In this document: one piece after another, positions 20,182-28,485 of the stretch
Position numbering within the stretch: the stretch's first letter is position 1
Layout: each line of letters begins with the position of its first letter
NCBI GenBank assembly: GCA_963678315.1
Contig: OY782781.1
Coordinates: forward strand, 2,432,001-2,496,000
Length of the DNA stretch: 64,000 nucleotides
Source: Candidatus Cloacimonadales bacterium
GTDB lineage: Bacteria > Cloacimonadota > Cloacimonadia > Cloacimonadales > JAFGVF01
Reading direction: 5' to 3'
Notes under the pieces: generated by a model
What the model was told of the DNA's origin: nothing
Database searches by the model: none
Seen by the model: only the letters and a program-made list of their open reading frames with translations
Translations under genes and position numbers: made by a program

Positions 20182-21135
20182 ATGGATATAGACTATGATA
20201 ATGTTTTAAAGATATGTAGGGAAATAGGATTTAGATATTTAAATAATCAAGACGAAGTTCAAGAAGTTTCACAACTTGTTGCAATAGATTTATTCAATAA
20301 TCTGGATAAAATCAATCCTGAAAGAATTAATGGCTGGCTGTTCACCGTTACAAAACATAAGTGCTTTGCAATAATAAAAAGTAAGAAAAACTCCAAAGAA
20401 GTACTTACAGATACCTCTTTCTTCAATAAGTTATGTAGTGCTAAGGAGATGAAAGAAGATACATCTGAAGATGAACTCGATTTATATAAATATGACTTCA
20501 TTTCTACTCAGAACAAAGCTATATTAGACCGATATTACCATGAACACCACTCAATTGAAGCTCTTGCAAGAGCCTACAAAATTAAAGCTAAAACGTTGAA
20601 ACAGAGAATCTATAAAATAGAGCAAGAGATAAAACTCTTTCATCTAGTAAATAGTAATAAATTAGCCTTCGATTCATTACCATCTACTAAATTAAACAAC
20701 AATTTACTCAATTTTCTTAGAAAACTAAAAACGGCTTTAGAATCAAATAAGTTGCAAGAGATGACTACTTACCTTGAAGACTGTATTATACATGATTCAA
20801 TAAACAAAATTAACATGATGAAATTTAGAACTAGCAAAATTAGAATTATAGGTCCAAATAAATATAAATTTCTGGTGACTTATATTAATGAGAAGCAACA
20901 ACCTAGATTCTTTTTTATTGCTTTTGAATTAAGAGGAAAGAATGGTATTCATATCACTGAATTACCTATTTTCCCTAAAGAAGTCTCATTGATAGAGGTT
21001 TCAGAAAAATCCAAAAAGCTGAAATCTAAGGATCTTGCTGGGGAAAAAGGGTGGTACAATCAAAAATTAGGAAGCACAGAAGATTTAAGAAGAGAAGGTC
21101 GGCTTGAATTGATCCAAAAAGGGGAAGATATCTAG
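20182..21135 (+). CDS. ECF-type sigma-70 factor-like protein with long C-terminal extension
   Basis: Region-2-like 'EVQEVSQ..AI..F...GWLFTVTKHKC' and region-4-like 'SIEALARAYKIKAKTLKQRI', followed by ~170 extra residues. Confidence 0.65.
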   Translation: MDIDYDNVLKICREIGFRYLNNQDEVQEVSQLVAIDLFNNLDKINPERINGWLFTVTKHKCFAIIKSKKNSKEVLTDTSFFNKLCSAKEMKEDTSEDELDLYKYDFISTQNKAILDRYYHEHHSIEALARAYKIKAKTLKQRIYKIEQEIKLFHLVNSNKLAFDSLPSTKLNNNLLNFLRKLKTALESNKLQEMTTYLEDCIIHDSINKINMMKFRTSKIRIIGPNKYKFLVTYINEKQQPRFFFIAFELRGKNGIHITELPIFPKEVSLIEVSEKSKKLKSKDLAGEKGWYNQKLGSTEDLRREGRLELIQKGEDI

Positions 21136-21343
21136 TTCAATTTTGAACAGAATCAACTATAGTTTTCTTAGTAGAAATCAGCTTTTAAAAGCAAAAGTTC
21201 TATTGCTATAAACTTGACTCATAAATATTAAGTACTCTCACATAATCTATAGTATTTTCTACCTATATTCAATCATAAATAATTATGATAATCAAAATAT
21301 TGCACTTAATGTTAACGCATATATGCTGAAATTTAGCAAAGAC

Positions 21344-21373
21344 AAACCCATCATTTAATACCTGATGGGCTTT
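21344..21373. terminator. Hairpin between convergent genes
   Basis: CCCATCA...TGATGGG stem with A/T flanks. Confidence 0.5.
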
Positions 21374-21378
21374 ATTAT

Positions 21379-21747
21379 TTACCATGTTCTTACCTTGTAA
21401 GTTATGTCATTATACTCAAATTGCTCTAAATCAATCTTAGCTTTTATAGCTACTCTTTCAAATAACTGACCTAGTTCATCACGTTCACCAGTCTCAATAA
21501 AAGCCTGACTTGTCATACTATCAAGGGCATTAAACTCGATAACAGCCTTTTCGATTAGTTCAATTTTAATCTCTTGTTTAGCTCTTAAACCAGCCTTTGC
21601 TAAATCTTCAAGTAAAGTATCCATAATTTTAACAGCTAGATCACAGTTAATTTTACTGTATTGTTTTAAACCTCTTTTATAATATGTTCTCCACTCTTCA
21701 AATGGGTATCCTGCTTTTAACTGTTCTAATCTTTCTTTATAAGTCAT
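21379..21747 (-). CDS. Hypothetical protein (IETGERDEL motif, C-terminal RTW)
   Basis: AAGGAG RBS; 122 aa helical protein; no function recognised. Confidence 0.65.
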   Translation of the reverse strand: MTYKERLEQLKAGYPFEEWRTYYKRGLKQYSKINCDLAVKIMDTLLEDLAKAGLRAKQEIKIELIEKAVIEFNALDSMTSQAFIETGERDELGQLFERVAIKAKIDLEQFEYNDITYKVRTW

Positions 21748-21978
21748 CGTTAACTCCTTTTAGTTCATTAATTTATGTCTCTACATTATAACTTTAATGA
21801 AAGAAGTCAAGTCAAATAAGCACTATTTTATGTATTTATCTCACTATTTTGCAGTATGTTACAGGTGCATTTTAATAGAATAATATAACAAATTGAACTT
21901 AGTAAAAACAGCATATGGTAGGGAGTCGAAAATTATAACTAAAATTATGAGTCAAACAGTTCAGAGCGAGGAATATCG

Positions 21979-22341
21979 CATAAGTGATTATTTAATAAAC
22001 AGTTATGTTAAACATTAAAGTAATTCTGGAAATTGTGACATCACTTATTCCTTTTTACTCTTCTGGAAAATATCTTGTCACAAATTATCAAGGTATATTT
22101 TTGCTAACTGTTTAATTATTAGTACTTTATAAAATGGAAATTATGCTGACCCCCAAAGGACAGCTATTTTTCCTTAATAAGCTAAATCATAGGTAATATG
22201 GAAAATATTATGTCATATTTGCTTTTATTAGATTATTAGTCATAAGTCATTATTTTATAAATAGTTATGGAGACATGTAGTACAGTTTTGTGGGGGGTAG
22301 TGGAAATTACGCTGACCTCAAATGGCAAAAACGGGTGTCAC
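21979..22341. repeat. Cluster of repeated motifs resembling transposable element ends
   Basis: TGGAAATTAYGCTGACC at 22135 and 22301; 29-bp CATAAGTSATTATTTWATAAAYAGTTATG at 21979 and 22241; GAAAA..N..TGTCAY at 22066, 22201 and 22325; TGTGGGGGGT at 22289. Confidence 0.6.
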
Positions 22342-22541
22342 TTCTTATTTGAGACAGCGAGTGAGATATCGAGAATAATCAATCTCTTGAAAATGAACTT
22401 ACATACTGTGAAAGTAGTATTATAATTTATTGCTTGTCAAAAAAGTATTGTGTAGCACAATATGTTTATTATATAGGTTAAATGAAAATGACATTAATAA
22501 AAGACTTAAGAAACGAGCATAAAACTAAGGGAGATATTACT

Positions 22542-24350
22542 ATGATTTTAGAAAAATTAATAAAAAAAATAGCGTTGACTGTACTTCTATTTACTGCAAC
22601 AATTATAAATGCAGAAACAGTGAATTTTCCAGCAAACATAATTTATCCATCAAGCGAAGAGACAACAGGAACATTTCAAGTTTATGACAATGAAGACTTA
22701 ATACATACAGAAGAAATTACAATTCCTGCAGATGCTGACAACTATCTTTTCCAATATACTTCAACTCCAAATTCAAATGATGAAGTAAATTCTATTTATT
22801 CTAAAATATCAATATATCCAAATCCAACAACAGGGAAATTCAATGTTACTTCTGATAATAAAGGTTTAATTCCAAATATTATCACAAAAAAAATAACAAT
22901 AGAAAATCCAACAAAACTATACCTAAATTATGATAAGAATAAATTTAAGAAATTAGAAGTTTTTAATATAAAAGGACAAAAAGTTAAATCAAATGAAAAA
23001 TTAGCTACAGGTTCTTACATAATAAAATGTTTTGCAAATGAAGATTATAATAATAAATTCAAACATAATTCTAAGAATAGTGAATATAAAGAAAACTTTG
23101 AAAATTATACAGCAACATTTGAAACAACAAGTATTAATACATTACCAAAAGCTTATGAACTTTATGAAAATATTGATAATGTAATAGAACTAGAAAACAT
23201 GATTCAAACTCAATTTACTTTAATAAATCCTGATGGAACAGAATATACTAATCAAGTTAAACTAATTACGAGAAATTCAGAGACAGGAACTACTCTAGAA
23301 CAAGATATTGTATCTGGATATCCAATAAATCTCTTCAAATTTGGAGAATCTGGATTATTTGCAATAAACGATCAAGACATAAAATACTCTTTTCAAATTT
23401 ACAATGGAACAGAAGAAACTATAGCAGATGGAATTGCATTATCAAATGCAAGAGCAGAGGCTATTGGCGATGGAACAAATCCTGATAACACAGTATATTT
23501 TATATTACATAATAAATACAATGAAGAAATTGACGGATTCCCTGGACAAACAGACAAACAACATATGTCAATATTAAAGGAAACAAATGGTGGGAATAAA
23601 ATTAAAGGGTTTAAATTTTGTAGTCTTCAAAATCTTCCGAATGAGCAACTTTATTTTTATGTCCTTGATTATACATTAAATCACCCTGAAAAAACAGAAC
23701 AAGAACTTCAAAACGGTGCAATAAATTACAACAATAGATTTGCATATTTAATGAGTCTAATAACAACATATTCAGGAGAAATTCCATATATAAATCCAAA
23801 CACAAGAGAAATTATAAATCCAGAAAATTCTTTATTTAAAATAATATCATTGCAAAATGATCAAGAATTACCTACAATTGGGCAAGGTATAATATTTGAT
23901 GATACAGGAACAGCTTATTCAGTAGCAATATTAGATAATGACCAATATAAAATAAATTTTACTATAGCTGATTTTAGTAGATACCATCATTTCGATTCAA
24001 ATACAGATTTGAATTCAAATGAAATGGCTGAAACTGGAGCAGCTTTAGGAAATACATCTTATGCATTAGACATTCATGGAGGTTATTCTAAATTCCCACA
24101 AGCAACAAATTTTGAAAGTTCAGACTATCTTCCGGGAGATAAAGGAATTATGTTAGAAGGATTTCTAGGAAAACCTGGGGTAAAAAAGATTCAAAGTATT
24201 GCAAAAATGAACTATGATGAAGAAAATGATATATATACTTTGTCAAATAAAAACAATGAATATATAGGAATTGATCCATCAGAAGATGATCAAATTCTTA
24301 TATTTGATGGAGATAGACAATATACAAATCTAATCCAAAGAATAGATTAA
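22542..24350 (+). CDS. Secreted hypothetical protein with an internal (N-proximal) CTD-like segment
   Basis: Likely start ATG 22542 (AAGGGAGA RBS, signal peptide); the ORF track starts at 22482. ISIYPNP and FNIKGQKVK...LATGSYIIK lie in the N-terminal third; strongly A-rich coding strand. Confidence 0.7.
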   Translation: MILEKLIKKIALTVLLFTATIINAETVNFPANIIYPSSEETTGTFQVYDNEDLIHTEEITIPADADNYLFQYTSTPNSNDEVNSIYSKISIYPNPTTGKFNVTSDNKGLIPNIITKKITIENPTKLYLNYDKNKFKKLEVFNIKGQKVKSNEKLATGSYIIKCFANEDYNNKFKHNSKNSEYKENFENYTATFETTSINTLPKAYELYENIDNVIELENMIQTQFTLINPDGTEYTNQVKLITRNSETGTTLEQDIVSGYPINLFKFGESGLFAINDQDIKYSFQIYNGTEETIADGIALSNARAEAIGDGTNPDNTVYFILHNKYNEEIDGFPGQTDKQHMSILKETNGGNKIKGFKFCSLQNLPNEQLYFYVLDYTLNHPEKTEQELQNGAINYNNRFAYLMSLITTYSGEIPYINPNTREIINPENSLFKIISLQNDQELPTIGQGIIFDDTGTAYSVAILDNDQYKINFTIADFSRYHHFDSNTDLNSNEMAETGAALGNTSYALDIHGGYSKFPQATNFESSDYLPGDKGIMLEGFLGKPGVKKIQSIAKMNYDEENDIYTLSNKNNEYIGIDPSEDDQILIFDGDRQYTNLIQRID

Positions 24351-24474
24351 TTAAAAAAAGTGACACCCAAATTTTCTAGTTGAACACCTATAGATGTTTT
24401 TTTATTAAGTTGTTATCTATTTATCTCACTTCAGCTTAACTCTTGTGAAAATACCAGTGTCACCAATCATGGAT

Positions 24475-25203
24475 TTAGATAACCCTAAACAAGAAAACCA
24501 TTTCGCCTAAGATCCTGAAGGTCTCAAGCTCAAAGTCTTCGATTATTATTACATCGAAATCTGGATTAAGAGGTTTAAGAATAACTCTTCTTTTCTCTTT
24601 ATCGAATTGTAGCTTTTTGAGTGTGACACCTTCAGGAGTCTGACAGGCACTAATTTTACCATTCAGACTTGGGATATCAATAGACTCTTTAATTACTACA
24701 ACATCTCCATGCATGATTTTTGGGGACATACTATTTCCATTAACTTTAAGTGCAATGTATTTATTTTCTTGATCTGACAAATAAGCTTTAGGTATCTCAA
24801 TATACTTTGAAGGTGAATCATCATAACCATTCATTGGAGTACCAGCTGCAATCTCTCCATATATAGGAAGAGTAATGTTCCTGGAATCGAATGGATTTAG
24901 TTTATGTTGATATACTGAATTGCTTCCTGTCATCTCTTCTATGTTCTTTTTATGTCCATCTCCATATAGATTTCCATCAGAGTCTAAAACAAACATTCCA
25001 CCCTTACCAGTTAATAACCAATTTAAGTTCAAACCATAGCGTTCGTTGATACGAGCCATAGCTGTAGCCGATGGTTTACTAGGTTTTTTTCTGTTTAACC
25101 AATCTGATAGATTACCTGACGTTACTTCGATGGTCTTCGCAAATTCGGAACGCTTTATATCAAGAGCATTTACGAACATCAACAGCCTATCTTTTATATC
25201 CAT
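24475..25203 (-). CDS. CI-like repressor (XRE HTH + S24 autopeptidase)
   Basis: HTH with LNWLLTGKG; GEIAAG cleavage site; KVNGNSM (Ser) and TLKKL (Lys). Confidence 0.9.
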   Translation of the reverse strand: MDIKDRLLMFVNALDIKRSEFAKTIEVTSGNLSDWLNRKKPSKPSATAMARINERYGLNLNWLLTGKGGMFVLDSDGNLYGDGHKKNIEEMTGSNSVYQHKLNPFDSRNITLPIYGEIAAGTPMNGYDDSPSKYIEIPKAYLSDQENKYIALKVNGNSMSPKIMHGDVVVIKESIDIPSLNGKISACQTPEGVTLKKLQFDKEKRRVILKPLNPDFDVIIIEDFELETFRILGEMVFLFRVI

Positions 25204-25232
25204 TTGATCTCCTATTTTATATATGTTTTAAT

Positions 25233-25336
25233 TTCGCATTGTTGCACACTGATGCGATTGATGGAAAATATTCCTTGACTATCTTCGCACTTTTTAGCTT
25301 TATAGATTTAGTAATCATTATTTGCAACATTGCGAA
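25233..25336. promoter_or_regulatory. Divergent promoter region with candidate operator pair
   Basis: TTCGCATTGTTGCA (25233-25246) and TGCAACATTGCGAA (25323-25336) are inverted copies with one mismatch; TTGACT at 25275 lies between them. Confidence 0.5.
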
Positions 25337-25365
25337 CAATGTCAATAAGAATTTAGGAGGTTCAA

Positions 25366-25563
25366 ATGAGATAACCCAATCATCCTGCTGTAATAAGATC
25401 AGATATGACTCTTAAAAGACTCACAACAAAGGCATTAGCCGAACGCTTATCCATCTCCAGAAGATCTTTAGATTATAATATTATTGAAGGAAGGTATATA
25501 CGAAAAGCAGAAGTTGTCTTAGAAATTCTTCAACCAGAGCTTGTTGAAATAAGTGAAATATGA
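25366..25563 (+). pseudogene. Cro/Ner-like HTH gene with premature stop at codon 3
   Basis: AGGAGG RBS, then ATG AGA TAA, then in frame PNHPAVIRSDMTLKRLTTKALAERLSISRRSLDYNII...TGA; divergent from the CI-like repressor. Confidence 0.7.
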
Positions 25564-25744
25564 CGATTCTAGCAAAGACTTAGTACCACGAATTCAAGTT
25601 CCTGAAAGTGAGCTAATGAGAGCTCAGTTAAAAGCTGAACTTTGTTAGAGGATACTTTCTGAATATGAGAAGATAGTTGTAAAAAAAACATGCTATTTCA
25701 AATGTATTAGACGCTTATAATTCAGGGTTAATCTATACTGCTTG

Positions 25745-25793
25745 CTTACTTGCCTCCTTGAAAAATCGGCTTTTTTTCAAGGAGGCAAGTAAG
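25745..25793. repeat. REP/MITE-like palindrome, copy 1
   Basis: Perfect 21-bp arms CTTACTTGCCTCCTTGAAAAA / TTTTTCAAGGAGGCAAGTAAG with a 7-nt loop; related copies near 40160 and 54435. Confidence 0.8.
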
Positions 25794-26143
25794 GTTCAAG
25801 AGTAACGGTAGTTTATCTTAAATAAGTAATCATAAAATCAGTATGTTGAAATTCATCCACAAATATCGATATGTTACGCCTATGTTTTGGTGCTACATGG
25901 CCTTTAATATAAGGGTTTTATAAGTAATAAGATTTTTATTAATAAGGAATAATAGTATAAAACTAATTCAATAACTGATTGTAAGTATGGAGATTTTATA
26001 TATTACAATACTCTACAATAGCAAAATACAAGCAAAATGAAGTGTTTGCACTTATATGCATGTAGTTAAGAGTCATAGTTTTGTAGACTATCTCTATTTT
26101 TATGTATATCAGACCAAATTACTAGAAATTAGAATATAAGCTA

Positions 26144-26171
26144 TTGACAGGTGACAATAAACAACTACATT
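26144..26171 (+). promoter_or_regulatory. Candidate sigma70 promoter of the vWA gene
   Basis: TTGACA-16 bp-TACATT, about 70 bp upstream of the AAGGAGG/ATG at 26239. Confidence 0.4.
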
Positions 26172-26238
26172 CAAGTTATATACAAAGAGACTTAAGAATA
26201 CTCATTAAGTAAAAAGATAATTCTTTAAGGAGGATATC

Positions 26239-28344
26239 ATGAAAAAAATTGTTGGTTCACTTTTATTAATTCTTATTGCAAGTTACTGCTTTGGTGCTGG
26301 TGTTGCAATCTTTAACTGGGAACAAGGTATAGGTATGCCTTTAACATCTGATTCTTACGAAATATCTATTGAAAACCAAGTAGCTGTAGTTACAACTACT
26401 TCTACTTTTATGAACATCCCGTCATTTACAGACCATCTTATCTATGCTACTCCCCTTCCTTTAGGAGCAAGTGCCACATCTTTACAGTATAGATTTGATG
26501 ATGTTTGGTTTGAAGCTCAGTTTTCAGCTATTCCGGATTCTGGGGGTACTGGTCCTGGTCCTAATGATGATGTAAATCCACAACTGGAGGCTTATCTTGG
26601 AGAAAACCCTCTATATTACGATATAGAAGCGGATTTTAACACTATCACAGAAATCACTATCAAAGTAACCTATGTAATGCTACTTGAAAGTCAATTTAGT
26701 CATACCGATATAATGATACCTGCACTTTCTGAAAACATCTTACTATGGGGTGATATTGATTTTGATGTAGATATAGAATTGACATCTTTACAATCTTTAG
26801 AACAAGTATATGACAACAACTTGCACTTTGATGAAACACCATCAGATGCTCATCACTATGAAGTGAATTATTCAGAAACATTTAATGCTAGTGAAGTTCC
26901 TTACTCAGTACAAAATATTAACTTCTACTATGAAGTGGCTGATAATGAATTTGGAGCTTTTGGCTTTAGTACAATGATTCCTGAAGAAGATGTTCCTGAC
27001 ACAAATCCTAATGGTTTTTTTACATATATCATTGAGCCTAATCCTACCGAAGCAGCTGCAGTATTACCAAAAGCTTTTACATTAATCATTGATAAATCTG
27101 GTTCCATGTATGGGAATAAGATTGTCCAAGCTAAGCAGGCTGCAAGTTATATTGTAAATAATCTTAATGAAGATGACCTTTTCAATATAGTTACATTCTC
27201 ATCTTACTCAGTAAGCTATAGTGATCAGCTAACTACTGTTAGTCCTGAAAACACTAATGAAGCGCTAGAATTTATCAACAGTATAAATGCTCAAGGTTCT
27301 ACCAATATTAGTGGCTCTTTTTCTACAACATTAGATATTTATGAGAACACTACTGCTACACAAGAGTGCGTTAATATAATAATTTTCCTTACTGATGGAC
27401 AAGCAACTTCAGGTATTACTAATGATGATCAACTTGTTTCATATATCACAAATCTAGTTGAGCAATCATCTGAGAACTTTAGTATCTATCCAATTGGAAT
27501 CGGTTATGATAATTTTTCAAGAAGATTACTAAGCCTTATTGCTTCAGAGAATCATGGTTCTTCACTCTTTATTGAAGATAATGACCTAGAAGTAGATTTG
27601 ACCCAATTCTATAACACAATTAAGAATCCTGTAGTGATTGATCCAGAGCTTACTTTTTCAAACAACTCAGGTGTTTCTGAAGTCTATCCTCAAGTGCTGC
27701 AGAATCTATATAAAGGTAATCAATTAATAATCTCAGGTCGTTATTCAAATCCTTCAGATGTTACCCTAAATCTTTCAGGTACTGCTAACTATGAAGAAGT
27801 AAACTATTCATACCCCCTCGAGTTGGCTTCTTTTGAAGATATTGACAAAGCATTCTTGACTAAGATATGGGCTAAGCAAAAGATAGAACATCTATTGGTT
27901 GAATACTACAACAATGAGGGAACTGGATATGCAGAAGAGGTTCGAGAAGACATAATTGAACTAAGTATGACTTTTGGAGTTATCTCACCTTTCACTGAAT
28001 TTACAGGCGGAGATGTGCCTATTGAAGAGGAAGAAATTGAAGGCAATAATGTAGCCTCAGCTCCAATCCAGATTATTGGTAACTATCCTAATCCTTTTAA
28101 TCCTGAAACTACAATCAGTTTCCAAGTAAACAGTAATTTAAAAGGTAATGTTAAAGTTAAGATTTTCAATCTTAAAGGACAAGTAGTTAAAGTTCTTGGA
28201 GTTCATGTTGATGGTAAAGGTAACTATTCTGTTGTATGGAATGGACTTGATAGTTCTGGTAAAGAGTGTGCATCAGGCGTTTACTTCTACACTGTAGATT
28301 GGGGTCAAGGTTGTTTATCATCTAAAATGATATTGGTAAAATAG
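26239..28344 (+). CDS. Secreted VIT + vWA (inter-alpha-trypsin-inhibitor-like) protein with FlgD-Ig CTD
   Basis: MIDAS motif IDKSGSM, GSTNI, FLTDGQ; LYKGNQLIISGRY; KIWAKQKIEHL; NYPNPFNPET CTD. Confidence 0.88.
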   Translation: MKKIVGSLLLILIASYCFGAGVAIFNWEQGIGMPLTSDSYEISIENQVAVVTTTSTFMNIPSFTDHLIYATPLPLGASATSLQYRFDDVWFEAQFSAIPDSGGTGPGPNDDVNPQLEAYLGENPLYYDIEADFNTITEITIKVTYVMLLESQFSHTDIMIPALSENILLWGDIDFDVDIELTSLQSLEQVYDNNLHFDETPSDAHHYEVNYSETFNASEVPYSVQNINFYYEVADNEFGAFGFSTMIPEEDVPDTNPNGFFTYIIEPNPTEAAAVLPKAFTLIIDKSGSMYGNKIVQAKQAASYIVNNLNEDDLFNIVTFSSYSVSYSDQLTTVSPENTNEALEFINSINAQGSTNISGSFSTTLDIYENTTATQECVNIIIFLTDGQATSGITNDDQLVSYITNLVEQSSENFSIYPIGIGYDNFSRRLLSLIASENHGSSLFIEDNDLEVDLTQFYNTIKNPVVIDPELTFSNNSGVSEVYPQVLQNLYKGNQLIISGRYSNPSDVTLNLSGTANYEEVNYSYPLELASFEDIDKAFLTKIWAKQKIEHLLVEYYNNEGTGYAEEVREDIIELSMTFGVISPFTEFTGGDVPIEEEEIEGNNVASAPIQIIGNYPNPFNPETTISFQVNSNLKGNVKVKIFNLKGQVVKVLGVHVDGKGNYSVVWNGLDSSGKECASGVYFYTVDWGQGCLSSKMILVK

Positions 28345-28424
28345 TATAAGATCACTTGTACAAAAATTCATTCTATTATGTTATTTGTTAAGTGAATAAA
28401 TTAGGTAAACTTAAAGAATAAATA

Positions 28425-28457
28425 AGCGTTAGATTTAAGAATATTAAGTCTAACGCT
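28425..28457. terminator. Bidirectional terminator
   Basis: AGCGTTAGATTTAA / TTAAGTCTAACGCT stem between convergent genes. Confidence 0.65.
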
Positions 28458-28485
28458 ATTATTTATATTAATTAAAAACTGAGTC

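Noticed and set aside
21979..22269. 29-bp near-identical repeats as a CRISPR array
   Set aside because: Only two direct copies, 262 bp apart; no regular spacers and no cas genes.
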